A stretch of DNA of 64,000 nt from Syntrophales bacterium (GCA_035363115.1 DAOSEM010000003.1:125317-189316); one strand, 5' to 3'. Shown: positions 10,193 through 20,762, counted from the stretch's first letter. Notes: a model not told the origin generated them from the letters alone. Program-made: numbers and translations.

Positions 10193-11707
10193 TCAGGTTA
10201 AACGGTTCGAAACGGATTCGCGCAGCGGAAAGAGCGCGTTTCCGACAACCGGGACCGGCGTGTCGTGCGGACGGCCCCGTTCCGCAAGGGCATTTTTCCC
10301 GGATACCAGGGCCGACAGGGCGGCCATGAGTTCCTTGATCGTCTCCGCCTGGGCGTTCAGTTCCCCGCTGACGGCCGCGGACTCTCCGGCATGCGTTGCC
10401 GCCCGCTGCGTGACTTTCTCGATCTCGGAGACGGCCTTGTTGATCTGCTGGATGCCCGAGGCCTGCTCTTCCGAGGCGGCGGCAATTTCGTCGATGACCG
10501 TTCCGATCTTGAATGCCACCTGCATGTTTTCTTCGAAGGCCTCGCGCGTCTGGTTCATGATCTCGCCGCTTCTCTTGACGACGCCGATGGTGTTGTCGAT
10601 CAGGCCGGTCGTGTTGCGGGCCGCTTCCGCCGCACGCGTGGCCAGGTTGCGGACCTCGCCGGCCACGACGGCAAAGCCCGCCCCCGCTTCTCCCACCCGG
10701 GCCGCCTCAACGGCTGCATTGAGGGCCAGGAGATTCGTCTGGAATGCGATTTCGTCGATGGTTTTGATGATTTTCCCGGTCTCCTCGCTGGACCGGGTGA
10801 CTTCCCCGATGGCCTCCGCCATGCCCTCCATGTGCCGGCTGACCCGCTCCACGATGACCCGGGCCTCCGACATGTGTGCTTTCGCCAGGCCGGCGTTGTC
10901 GGCATTCTTCCGCGTCATGGAGGACATTTCCTCGACGGAGGCGGACGTCTCTTCGACGGAGGCGGCCTGCTCCCCGGCTCCCTCGGCCATGGACCGGCTT
11001 GCCGAAGCCACCTGGCCGGACGCGGAGGCGACCCGGTCGGCGCCTTCCGACAGCCCCCGGGCGATGCGCTGGATCGGTCCGGTGATGGAGCGAACCACGA
11101 GGAATCCCAGGACGAAGACGATCAGCAGGCTGACAGCGCCGAAGATCGCCACCTTCACGACAATGTCGTAGACCACCTGGTTGTAGCGTGTATCCGGGAC
11201 GCCGACGTAGAACATGCCCACGACGTCGCCGCTGCCGTTCCGGATCGGTTCGTAGGCCGTCTGGTACCAGGTGCCGACGACGTTGGCCTTGCCCGTGTAG
11301 GGCTGGCCTTTCCGGAGGACCGTCTCGACGACGTTGGCTGCCGCTTTCGTTCCCACGGCCCGCGCTCCGGATGCATTTTTGACGGTTGTGGCGATCCGCG
11401 TGTCTCCCTGGAAGACGGTCACGGCGTCGTTCGTCATCTCTGCGATCCGGTCGATGGCGGTGAAGTTGTCGTTCATCTGCAGGTCTCCCTTGAAGAGCCT
11501 GCCCTCCCGGACGGACCAGTCTCCCGGATGCCGGTCGTTGAACATGGCGTATCCCAAGGCCATGTCCGATTTCAGTTTCTCCTGGGCGGTCAGGATGATT
11601 TTTTCGCGAACCGTCATGACGGTAAACAGGATTGCACCGGTGAAGAAAACGGCGAATAGAACGAGTAGAATCAATGTCTTGGTCTGCAAGCGCAGGGTTG
11701 AGAACAT
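10193..11707 (-). CDS. methyl-accepting chemotaxis protein
   Basis: 504 aa. N-terminal TM, ~170 aa sensor, second TM, then '[38 protein letters not shown]'. AAGGAG RBS before the ATG. No C-terminal pentapeptide. Confidence 0.93.
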   Translation of the reverse strand: MFSTLRLQTKTLILLVLFAVFFTGAILFTVMTVREKIILTAQEKLKSDMALGYAMFNDRHPGDWSVREGRLFKGDLQMNDNFTAIDRIAEMTNDAVTVFQGDTRIATTVKNASGARAVGTKAAANVVETVLRKGQPYTGKANVVGTWYQTAYEPIRNGSGDVVGMFYVGVPDTRYNQVVYDIVVKVAIFGAVSLLIVFVLGFLVVRSITGPIQRIARGLSEGADRVASASGQVASASRSMAEGAGEQAASVEETSASVEEMSSMTRKNADNAGLAKAHMSEARVIVERVSRHMEGMAEAIGEVTRSSEETGKIIKTIDEIAFQTNLLALNAAVEAARVGEAGAGFAVVAGEVRNLATRAAEAARNTTGLIDNTIGVVKRSGEIMNQTREAFEENMQVAFKIGTVIDEIAAASEEQASGIQQINKAVSEIEKVTQRAATHAGESAAVSGELNAQAETIKELMAALSALVSGKNALAERGRPHDTPVPVVGNALFPLRESVSNRLT

Positions 11708-12262
11708 GGTTGTCTCCTTATCGATCGGACGGAAATACCCGAGCGATCATCGGGTTCGCGCCTTCCGTAGGGTCTGCGGACCGCCGCCTTCAACAGGTCC
11801 GGCGGGTCAGCCGTTCACGTCAGGTCTGCTGTTCCGTTGTCTGGTCTACTGCGCGAGTTTCGGGTGGGGAAAGGGTGCGGGATGGATGTACTGCCGAGAT
11901 CACCAGGTTGTGATGTACCTGAGCATGTATCAGGATATTGATGAAATAGTGGGCCTGCACGCCTGCCAGCATTCCGATGCCCTCCGCTCTCGTGCGATTT
12001 CAATAAGGGGCCGGGATTCATCCGGTCCCTTCCTCGATGATGATCGTAACTGCTTTTCGGGACAGCCTGCGGTTACCCGCCGTCTTGGGAGCCGCCCTGG
12101 ATGGAAAGACTTGTCAATCCTCCATGATATTTATTCTTTGTTGCCTTGGACGGCCGGGCCGCTGCCGGACAGGGATCACCCTTCCCGCCGTCGCAACGGC
12201 CGGTGGAGGAAAATCCTGTCCGGAAGAAATCCCACGGCCTTCAGAAGCCGTCGGCCCGAAGG

Positions 12263-12320
12263 GCGGGCAGGCGAAACGCAGGAAGCAGTGAAACCCTATC
12301 CGACTGCTTCGCCTGCCCGC
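12263..12320 (-). terminator. long stem-loop just downstream of cheW (putative operon-end structure)
   Basis: GCGGGCAGGCG (12263-12273) pairs with CGCCTGCCCGC (12310-12320), with an inner AAGCAGT/ACTGCTT stem. A second small hairpin and a T-rich stretch follow on the minus strand. Confidence 0.4.
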
Positions 12321-12332
12321 TCCGGCCCCGGA

Positions 12333-12848
12333 TCAGGCCGCCCGCTCCAGAACGGCGATCTCGTCGATGTTCAGAATCTCGTCAATGTCCAGCAGGATCT
12401 TGATCCCGCCGCCTGCCTTGGCCATTCCGAGAATATAGTCCGTGTCGAAGCGGCTGCCGAAGTTGGGGGTGTCTTCGATGTCGCCCGCCTTGATGTTCAG
12501 GACTTCCGAAACGGAGTCCACGACGATGCCCATATGGATTTTCTTTCCCGCACCGCTGATCTCCACGACAATGATGCAGGTCCGCTCAGTGTAATCCATG
12601 GGGTCCATTCCGAACTTCAACCGCAGATCCGCAACGGGAATGACCTTGCCCCGGAGGTTGATGACCCCCTTGACGTACTCTGGTGTCTTGGGGACCGTCG
12701 TGATCGGCATCATGCCGATGATCTCCTTGACCTTGAGGATACCGATCCCGTACTCCTCGTCGTGCAGCGTGAAGGTCAGATATTTCCCCTCGCGCTCGAC
12801 TGTGGATTTTCCCATGAGTTCCATTGCTTCATGTTCATTCTGGCTCAT
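12333..12848 (-). CDS. cheW: chemotaxis coupling protein CheW
   Basis: 171 aa from ATG 12848, which is preceded by GGAGGT. 'YLTFTLHDEEYGIGILKVKEIIGM...VINLRGKVIPVADLR' is the CheW fold signature. Confidence 0.93.
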   Translation of the reverse strand: MSQNEHEAMELMGKSTVEREGKYLTFTLHDEEYGIGILKVKEIIGMMPITTVPKTPEYVKGVINLRGKVIPVADLRLKFGMDPMDYTERTCIIVVEISGAGKKIHMGIVVDSVSEVLNIKAGDIEDTPNFGSRFDTDYILGMAKAGGGIKILLDIDEILNIDEIAVLERAA

Positions 12849-12855
12849 AATTGTT

Positions 12856-13962
12856 TTACCTCCTGAGTGTGTTTGCTGTCTGAATGTGCTCAAGCTGCTC
12901 CGGAGCGTTTGCAGGAAAACGCTCGCCTTGATCCGCCGGCCTCCCGGCCCGGTTGTCAATGGTGTCCAGGCTGGTGCCGAAGAGTGACGTAACCTCTCCG
13001 AGGTGCATGCTCATCTGCTGGGCCTGGGCGGCCAGCTCCTCCGCCGCGCTTGCCGATTCCTCCGCGCCGGAAGCGGCCTGCTGGGTCACCTTGTCGAGTT
13101 CCGCGATGGCCTGGTTGATCTGCACGATTCCCTGGGCCTGCTCCCCCGAGGCAGCATTGATTTCCTTGATGAGGGCGTTGGTCTTCTTGCCCTCGTCTCC
13201 CATGGAATAGAACTGCTCCAGGGTCTTGCTCACGAGAGAGGCCCCCTCCTGGATATGGCCGGACATGGCGCCGATGATCCGTTCCGTGTCCCTGGCCGCT
13301 TCCGCCGAACGGGTCGCCAGATTCCGGACCTCTTCGGCGACGACGGCGAAACCGGCGCCGGCCTCCCCGGCCCGGGCCGCCTCGACGGCCGCATTCAGGG
13401 CCAGCAGGTTGATCTGAAAGGCGATCTCGTCGCTTGTCTTGATCACCTTGGCGGCCTGATCCCCCGCATCGCCGATCCGCTTCATGCAGGAGTCGGTTTC
13501 GCGGAGGGACTTGTGGCAGCTTTTCATGAGCCCGAAGGTCACATCCCCCGATCTGGTCATGCTGGTAGAGTGGTCCGACGTTTTATGGGTCATGGACGAC
13601 AACTCCTCCAGGGATGCGGACGTCTCCTCGATGGCCGATGCCGCCGTGGAGGTCCCCTCCGCCAGGGCCTGACTGCTGGCGGCCACCTGTACGGAAGCGC
13701 TGGAGATCTGGTGTGTGCTTTCGTAAAGGCCCGCCAGGATGCCTGAGAACCGGTTGCTGACGGATCGGATCGTGAACCAGCCGCCCAGCAGGCAGAGCAT
13801 GACGCCGGCGAGGGTTCCCCCGATCAGAAGGGCGGCCTGAGCTCCCGGACTGAGGTAGTTTTTCAGAAGATTCGCAGATCCGGCATATCCGATTGTCCCC
13901 CCGCCGAGAATCAGTGCGGATGAAAAGAGATTGTTCAGCAACATGCTCTGCCGCAGATTCAT
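12856..13962 (-). CDS. membrane MCP with minimal (TM-hairpin only) input
   Basis: 368 aa. Two N-terminal hydrophobic segments are followed directly by the signalling domain '[38 protein letters not shown]'. Confidence 0.9.
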   Translation of the reverse strand: MNLRQSMLLNNLFSSALILGGGTIGYAGSANLLKNYLSPGAQAALLIGGTLAGVMLCLLGGWFTIRSVSNRFSGILAGLYESTHQISSASVQVAASSQALAEGTSTAASAIEETSASLEELSSMTHKTSDHSTSMTRSGDVTFGLMKSCHKSLRETDSCMKRIGDAGDQAAKVIKTSDEIAFQINLLALNAAVEAARAGEAGAGFAVVAEEVRNLATRSAEAARDTERIIGAMSGHIQEGASLVSKTLEQFYSMGDEGKKTNALIKEINAASGEQAQGIVQINQAIAELDKVTQQAASGAEESASAAEELAAQAQQMSMHLGEVTSLFGTSLDTIDNRAGRPADQGERFPANAPEQLEHIQTANTLRR

Positions 13963-13971
13963 GGTTCCCTC

Positions 13972-16176
13972 CTATGTGTTCGTTTCGCTGAGTTCGAAGA
14001 TCCCCTCCACATCAAGAATCAGCCCGATCTGTCCGTCTCCCAGGATCGCACCGCCGGAGATCCCCCTGAGGTTTTTCATCCCGTCGCCCAGGCTCTTGAT
14101 CACGACCTCTGTTTTCCCAAGGATCTCGTCGACCATGAGGCACTTGCTGCGGCCTTCGCCCTCCGTGAGGACCATGATCGCCTCCATGGGGTTCTGGATG
14201 GAGTCGCTGATGGAGAACAGGTCGTTCAGGCGGACCAGCGGGTAGAGACGGCCCATGGCGTGGATCATCTCTCCCTTGCCGACGGCGTTCGTGTAGGCAT
14301 CCGAGGCGGGACGAAGCGCCTGCCGGATGGCCGTTGTGGGAAGAATGTACCGTTCCGGCCCCACCTGGACGATCATTCCGTCGATGATGGCCAGTGTCAG
14401 GGGGAAACTCGTGACGAATCTCGTTCCCGCTCCCGATCGGCTTTCGATCTCGATCTTGCCCCGGAGTTTTTCCACGGCCTGCTTGACTACATCCATCCCC
14501 ACACCGCGGCCGGAGACGTCGGTGACTTTCTCCGCTGTGGACAGCCCCGGCAGGAGGATCAGCCGGAACACCTCCTGGTCCGTCAGAATCTCCCCTCCCG
14601 AGATGAGGCCGTTCTTCTCGGCTTTCTTGATGATTTTTTCCCGGTTCAGGCCGCGCCCGTCATCGGAGATCTCAATGATGATGTTCCCTCCCCGGTGATA
14701 GGCCTTCAGACGGACGAGACCGCGCTCCGGCTTGCCGCTCTGGAGCCGCTCTTCCGGTGCTTCCAGGCCGTGATCGACGGCATTTCGCACCAGATGAACC
14801 AGGGGATTGTAGATCTCGTCGACCATGTTGCGGTCGATTTCGGTGTCCTCCCCGTCCAGCTCGATGCCGACGTTTTTCCCGTTGTTCTTCGCCAGATCGC
14901 GGATGAGGCGGGACATGCGCTGGAATGTCTGCTTGATGGGAACCATGCGCAGGCTGGTGGATGCCCGCTGGAGCCCCGATGTGATCCTGGAGAACTGGGC
15001 CACGTTCTGGGTGAGCGCCCGGTCGGCGCTGAGCGTCCGGCTGATGTTCTGCTGGATCATGGAATGGGTGATGACGAGTTCCCCCACCATGTCGATGATG
15101 TCGTCGAGCTTCCGGATGTCGACCCGGATCGTGGCCGTATCGGCGGCCTGCTCAGCCTGCTTGCGGAGCGCCTGGGTGACCTGTTTCGGAGTGGCGATTC
15201 CCTCCTCGATCAGGGCCTCGCCGAGCTTCTTTCCCGGTTCGGCCTGCGTCGCCTTGAGACCCGCATCCAGGCCCCTTTCCGTGATGACGCCGTCGGTCTT
15301 GAGGATCTCGCCCAGCTTTGCCGGCTTCTGGGCCGGTTCCGCGCGGCCCTCATCAATGGCCTTGATGCGCTCGTAGATGGATGTCGTATCGGCAAACTCC
15401 GCCGCTTCAATCCGGCCTTCCAGCTGTTCCTTGATCTGCAGGATCATGGACTTCAAGGCGTCCGAGCCGTCGAGCACGACATCGATGACGGGAGGGGTCA
15501 CCGTCAACTCGCCGTTGCGGGCCTTGTCCAGAAGGTTTTCCAGGTTGTGGGCCAGATCGCGGATGACGTTCAGATTGAGGAAGCCGGCAACACCCTTGAT
15601 GGAATGAAACGGCCGGAAGATGACGTTGATGTACTCGCGGTCTTCCGGATTCTGCTCCAGGTTCAGGATGTTGACTTCGATCTCCCCGATGTATTCCAGG
15701 GATTCTATGATGAAATCGCGCACCAGCGCCTCGTCCTGAAACACGATGGCCTCCGGCTTTTCCTCCGGGGCGGCGGTTTCCGGCGACGCGGCCGCTTCCT
15801 CCGCTCCGCTTTCTCCCAGGGTGACTCCGGTGAGGGCTGTCACGCTCCGGAGAAACGCCGTCTGATCCGGTCCCGGCTGCGCAGGAAGGTCCGCGTCCCG
15901 GACCATGCCCTGCAGCAGCTGTAGGCCCGACTCGAGAGCGGCAAAGCCGGCCTTCTTGTCGTCCAGGGAGTCCAGCACCATTCGCTCCAGGAGGAGATTC
16001 ATGCCGTCGGCAATCGTCCGGAGCGGCGCGAATTCTTCCGAGGCCGCTTCCTGGAGAAGGCCCTCCAGGTGGTTGAGGAACTTACCCGCCGTGGGGATGT
16101 CGATTTCCTGTCCTTCCAGGAACAGGAAATCAGAGGCCATTTCATCGATTTTGCCTGCAAGCTTGTCTTTTTCCAT
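13972..16176 (-). CDS. cheA: chemotaxis histidine kinase CheA (N-terminal extension, atypical P2 region)
   Basis: 734 aa. Hpt 'FRPFHSIKGVAGFL' with His at ~191. P3 'IRVDIRKLDDIIDMVGELVI'. N-box 'HLVRNAVDHG', G1 'DDGRGL', G2 'GRGVGMDVV'. CheW-like P5 at the C-terminus. Confidence 0.95.
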   Translation of the reverse strand: MEKDKLAGKIDEMASDFLFLEGQEIDIPTAGKFLNHLEGLLQEAASEEFAPLRTIADGMNLLLERMVLDSLDDKKAGFAALESGLQLLQGMVRDADLPAQPGPDQTAFLRSVTALTGVTLGESGAEEAAASPETAAPEEKPEAIVFQDEALVRDFIIESLEYIGEIEVNILNLEQNPEDREYINVIFRPFHSIKGVAGFLNLNVIRDLAHNLENLLDKARNGELTVTPPVIDVVLDGSDALKSMILQIKEQLEGRIEAAEFADTTSIYERIKAIDEGRAEPAQKPAKLGEILKTDGVITERGLDAGLKATQAEPGKKLGEALIEEGIATPKQVTQALRKQAEQAADTATIRVDIRKLDDIIDMVGELVITHSMIQQNISRTLSADRALTQNVAQFSRITSGLQRASTSLRMVPIKQTFQRMSRLIRDLAKNNGKNVGIELDGEDTEIDRNMVDEIYNPLVHLVRNAVDHGLEAPEERLQSGKPERGLVRLKAYHRGGNIIIEISDDGRGLNREKIIKKAEKNGLISGGEILTDQEVFRLILLPGLSTAEKVTDVSGRGVGMDVVKQAVEKLRGKIEIESRSGAGTRFVTSFPLTLAIIDGMIVQVGPERYILPTTAIRQALRPASDAYTNAVGKGEMIHAMGRLYPLVRLNDLFSISDSIQNPMEAIMVLTEGEGRSKCLMVDEILGKTEVVIKSLGDGMKNLRGISGGAILGDGQIGLILDVEGIFELSETNT

Positions 16177-16179
16177 GTC

Positions 16180-17235
<1,056 letters not shown>

Positions 17236-17658
17236 TTAGAAATCACTGGTTCCCGAGTCGTCCTGGTATGTCCCTTCTTCGGTGAGTCCCAGGATGCGGT
17301 ACAACTCCGACCGCAGCTCCTCCGGTACAAAGGGTTTCTTGAGAAACCCCCGGGCACCCATGCGCTCCGCCTCTTCGATCCGCTCGCGGTTTCCCTCGGT
17401 GGAGACCATGATCACGGGAATCTCCTGGAACAGCTTGTCCCTCTTCAGCTCCTGCAATAGTTCCATTCCGTTCATTTCCGGCATGTTGATGTCGGAGATG
17501 ATGACGTCCACCCAGTGCCGGGAAAGGATCTCCAGGGCCTGGCGTCCGTTGGCCGCCTCGAAGCATTCCGCTACGGGGATCCCCGACAGGTTGATGACCT
17601 TGCGGATGACGGCCCTCATGGAAAGCGAATCGTCGGTGATGAGGATGTTGAAGGACAT
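17236..17658 (-). CDS. cheY: CheY-like response regulator
   Basis: 140 aa. 'ILITDDSLSMR', 'VIISDINMPEMNG' and 'FLKKPF', plus an acidic C-terminal tail. Confidence 0.9.
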   Translation of the reverse strand: MSFNILITDDSLSMRAVIRKVINLSGIPVAECFEAANGRQALEILSRHWVDVIISDINMPEMNGMELLQELKRDKLFQEIPVIMVSTEGNRERIEEAERMGARGFLKKPFVPEELRSELYRILGLTEEGTYQDDSGTSDF

Positions 17659-17685
17659 GTGGTCTCCTTTGTGCGGCGGCCCGCC

Positions 17686-18525
17686 CTATTTCCTGTAAAT
17701 GCTGGGCTGCACGTAGTGGAACTGGTGGTCCAGGCCCGTCAGGGTTTCCGAGTGGCCGATAAAGAGGTGGCCGCCGGGCAAAAGGACGTCGTGAAAGCGC
17801 CTGACGACCCCGCTCTGGGTTTTCTTGTCGAAATAGATCATCACGTTCCGGCAGAAAATGAGGTCAAACGGATGCGTGAAACGGGGGACCTCCATCAGGT
17901 TGAACCGCTCGAAGCTGATCTGCCGGCGGAGTTCCGGCTTGACCCGGAGCTGGCCCTCGGATGCGCCCGTGCCGTACTGAAAGTACCGTTTCATCATCGG
18001 CGGAGGGACGCCTTTCACCTTGTCCGCCGGGTACACGCCCTGCATGGCCGTGCGGAGAACACGGGTGGAGATGTCCGTGGCGGTGATTTGAAAAGGCACG
18101 GGCCGGTCCCTGAGACCCTCGCTCAAGCACATGGCGACGGAGTAGGGCTCCTCGCCGGTGGAGCAGCCCGCCGTCCAGATCCGGATTGCCTCCGTCCTTC
18201 CCTTCTTCTCCTTCTCTCTGGCAAGCTCGGGAAGGAGGGCCGTCAGTTTCTGAAAATGCTTTTCCTCCCGGAAGAAGTACGTGACGTTGGTGGAAATGGA
18301 GTCGATCATGGTGATCAGCTCCTCCGTTCCCTCCGCCGTCGTCACATACTTGTAGTAATCCAGGAAGGACTTGAACCCCCCTTCCCGCAGGCGCTTGCCG
18401 AGTCTTGCCTTGACCAGGTCCTTCTTGCCCTCGTGCAGGCAGATGCCGCACTGCTCGTAGACGAGACGGCTGATCTTGTCGTACTCGTTATCCTTCAGTT
18501 CTGTGGCGGACTGAAAGAGTGTCAT
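17686..18525 (-). CDS. cheR: chemotaxis methyltransferase CheR
   Basis: 279 aa. 'TYFFREEKHF' and the SAM-binding 'IRIWTAGCSTGEEPYS' and 'FDLIFCRNVMIYFD'. Confidence 0.95.
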   Translation of the reverse strand: MTLFQSATELKDNEYDKISRLVYEQCGICLHEGKKDLVKARLGKRLREGGFKSFLDYYKYVTTAEGTEELITMIDSISTNVTYFFREEKHFQKLTALLPELAREKEKKGRTEAIRIWTAGCSTGEEPYSVAMCLSEGLRDRPVPFQITATDISTRVLRTAMQGVYPADKVKGVPPPMMKRYFQYGTGASEGQLRVKPELRRQISFERFNLMEVPRFTHPFDLIFCRNVMIYFDKKTQSGVVRRFHDVLLPGGHLFIGHSETLTGLDHQFHYVQPSIYRK

Positions 18526-18526
18526 C

Positions 18527-20401
18527 TTAGAAATCCTTGAACTCGCCGTCTTCGAGGGGGATGATGTCCTTGGGTTTCATCCCTTTTGCCGGGGCTGTGC
18601 CGGCCGCGGGGGGACGCTTCAGGGTCGGAAGGCGGAGCTTTCGCGCAGGACCTTCCGACAGATGTAGGGCACCGTGCCCGTTGGAGCTGCTGCCGCCGAT
18701 GACGGAAAGGAGCTCCATGGACACCTGCTTCATCTGCTCAGCCTGGGCGTTCATCTCTTCCGAGGCGGAGGCCGATTCCTCGGCGTTCGCCGCCGTCTGC
18801 TGGGTGACCTTGTCCATCTCCGCGACGGCCTTGTTGATCTGGTCGATGCCCTGGGCCTGCTCGCTGGAGGCGGCGGCGATCTCCCCGACCAGCTCCCCGA
18901 CCTTGGCGGAGTTTACGGCAACCTCGCTGAAGGCCTCGCTTGTTTTCCCCACCAGATCGGACCCTTCCCGGATCTTCTTGACGGTGCCCTCGATCAGGCC
19001 CGAAGTGTTCTTCGCGGCCTCGGCGGCCCGCATGGCCAGGTTCCGGACCTCTTCCGCCACGACGGCAAATCCCGCCCCGGCCTCCCCGGCCCGCGCCGCC
19101 TCCACGGCCGCGTTCAGGGCCAGGAGGTTGGTCTGGAAGGCGATCTCGTCGATGGTCCGGATGATCTTGGAGGTCTCCTCGCTCGCCGCAGTGATCTCCC
19201 GCATGGAGCTGGTCAGATGTTCCATGGAATCGTTGGCCTTCTTCACGACGGTGTTGGCCTGCTTCATGAGGGCGTCCGCCTGGGAGGCGTTGCCGGCGTT
19301 CTGTTTCGTCATGGAGGACATCTCTTCCAGGGAGGAGGAGGTCTCTTCCAGGGCCGCCGCCTGCTCGGAGGCTCCCTCCGCCAGGGACTGGCTGGAGGCG
19401 GAGACCTCACCCGCCGCTGCGGAAACCTGCTGCGCCGCCTCGCCCAACTGGTCGGCAGAGTGTGTGATGGGACGGCTGATGCTGCGGGCGAAGAAGAGGA
19501 CGCCCACGACGGTCAGGGCCAGGAAGCCGACGGCGATGACCAGGATGAAGTTCCGGATCATGTGGGCCGCCGCGAGAAACTCCTGCTGATCCTGGGTGAA
19601 GCAAACGGACCAGCCGGTGAGCTGAACCGGGGCGAAGCCGGCGATCTTGGCGACGCCGTTGAAGACATACTTCTCCGTGCCGGTGTCTTTCGCGATCATC
19701 CGCTGGGAGATTTTTTCCATGCCCTGCATCTTGGTAGCGTTGAGCTCCAGGATGAATTCCTTCTTCGGGTGGGCGATGACGGTACCCACGTGGTCGGTCA
19801 TATAGGCGTACCCTGTCTTCCCGATCTTGACAGAGACGATCTGCTCGACGAGAAAGTCGATCTTCAGGGCGACCGCCACGATCCCCCGGAACTCGCCGTT
19901 GCCTCCCACAATGGGGGCGGCCACGACCGCGACGGGACTCCCCGTCTTCTTGGACTTGATGACGGACCCGACGTTTGCCTTGCCGGCCTTCGCCGCGGCG
20001 AAATAGTCCCGTTCGCCGATGTTGATGCCGACATAGGATCCGCCGACGCCGTCCGCGCGGATCGCGCCGGTCGAATCGGTCACGAAGATCGTCTCGTAGT
20101 CATGGCCGATCTTCTTCATGGTTGCCGTCAGGCGCTGGGTCGCCCCGTCGATTTTGCCGCTTGTCGCCTCGATTACGTTCACGTCGGCTGCGATCCCGGA
20201 GATGAGCTTTATTTCCTCCAGGAGCGCCATGTTGACGAGTCCGCTTACGTTCTTTGCGACGAGCTCGACCTGGTTTTCCGAGATGTCGGTCAATGCCTCG
20301 GACGACTTCCAGGCGCTGAACGTGCCGACCACGATCAGCGGGATCAGGACAATCAGGATTCCGCCGGTGATGAGTTTGAAGTTCAAAGACCGCTTCTTCA
20401 T
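18527..20401 (-). CDS. methyl-accepting chemotaxis protein, Cache-type sensor
   Basis: Start re-placed to ATG 20401 ('[14 protein letters not shown]', AGGAGG RBS), giving 624 aa. '[12 protein letters not shown]...[15 protein letters not shown]'. The signalling module is nearly identical to the MCP at 8228. Ends in EFKDF. Confidence 0.93.
   Translation of the reverse strand: MKKRSLNFKLITGGILIVLIPLIVVGTFSAWKSSEALTDISENQVELVAKNVSGLVNMALLEEIKLISGIAADVNVIEATSGKIDGATQRLTATMKKIGHDYETIFVTDSTGAIRADGVGGSYVGINIGERDYFAAAKAGKANVGSVIKSKKTGSPVAVVAAPIVGGNGEFRGIVAVALKIDFLVEQIVSVKIGKTGYAYMTDHVGTVIAHPKKEFILELNATKMQGMEKISQRMIAKDTGTEKYVFNGVAKIAGFAPVQLTGWSVCFTQDQQEFLAAAHMIRNFILVIAVGFLALTVVGVLFFARSISRPITHSADQLGEAAQQVSAAAGEVSASSQSLAEGASEQAAALEETSSSLEEMSSMTKQNAGNASQADALMKQANTVVKKANDSMEHLTSSMREITAASEETSKIIRTIDEIAFQTNLLALNAAVEAARAGEAGAGFAVVAEEVRNLAMRAAEAAKNTSGLIEGTVKKIREGSDLVGKTSEAFSEVAVNSAKVGELVGEIAAASSEQAQGIDQINKAVAEMDKVTQQTAANAEESASASEEMNAQAEQMKQVSMELLSVIGGSSSNGHGALHLSEGPARKLRLPTLKRPPAAGTAPAKGMKPKDIIPLEDGEFKDF
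18740..19396 (-). repeat. near-identical MCP signalling-module repeat, copy 2 (partner 8462..9118)
   Basis: Same evidence as copy 1. Confidence 0.85.
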
Positions 20402-20474
20402 GAAAAATCGCCTCCTTGCATCTATTTCGGCCCTCGCGGGGTCGTTGCGGGAATTATGCGTCTGGGCAGTCCAA

Positions 20475-20490
20475 AGCAATTTTAGGGCCA
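20475..20490 (-). promoter_or_regulatory. sigma54 (-24/-12) promoter for the mcp-cheRYBA-mcp-cheW operon
   Basis: The minus strand reads TGGCCC-TAAAA-TTGCT with GG-N10-GC spacing, ~70 nt upstream of ATG 20401. Confidence 0.7.
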
Positions 20491-20699
20491 TCTTGATTTT
20501 GCGATTGTTCCGGACGATCTCGTATCGCCTGCCCGTCGCGTAGCGGGAAAACGACAGGGAATCACGATGCAGCAGGGAAAGCCGGTTCTGCGGTATTGCT
20601 GCGATGTGCCACCGTTTCTCCGACGGATCGAAAGACGGGACAGGTGCGAGGGGTAACCGGGAGGGACGAAAAGATAATGATTCCAGCCTTACAAATTGC

Positions 20700-20735
20700 T
20701 TGACAATTCCTGTCATGAAATTGACAATCCGTCAA
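20700..20735 (+). promoter_or_regulatory. paired palindromes / possible sigma70-type promoter in front of the sigma54 activator gene
   Basis: TTGACAattccTGTCAtgaaaTTGACAatccGTCAA contains TGACA-N5-TGTCA and TTGAC-N5-GTCAA. It also reads as TTGACA-N17-GACAAT. Confidence 0.3.
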
Positions 20736-20762
20736 ACCCTTGGAGTCGGAGGAGAAAAACCC

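Noticed and set aside
8069-11659. Plus-strand ORFs 8069..9292, 9834..11171 and 10265..11659 (and 18674..20485, 14260..15924, 16069..17460) overlapping the che genes
   Set aside because: They mirror MCP, CheA and CheB coding regions on the opposite strand. They are Gly/Arg/Asp-rich and have no motifs.
20577-20596. TGGCAC-ATCGC-AGCA on the minus strand upstream of the che operon (sigma54-like)
   Set aside because: The GG to GC spacing is N9, not N10, and the -12 element lacks TTGC. The properly spaced element at 20475-20490 is preferred.
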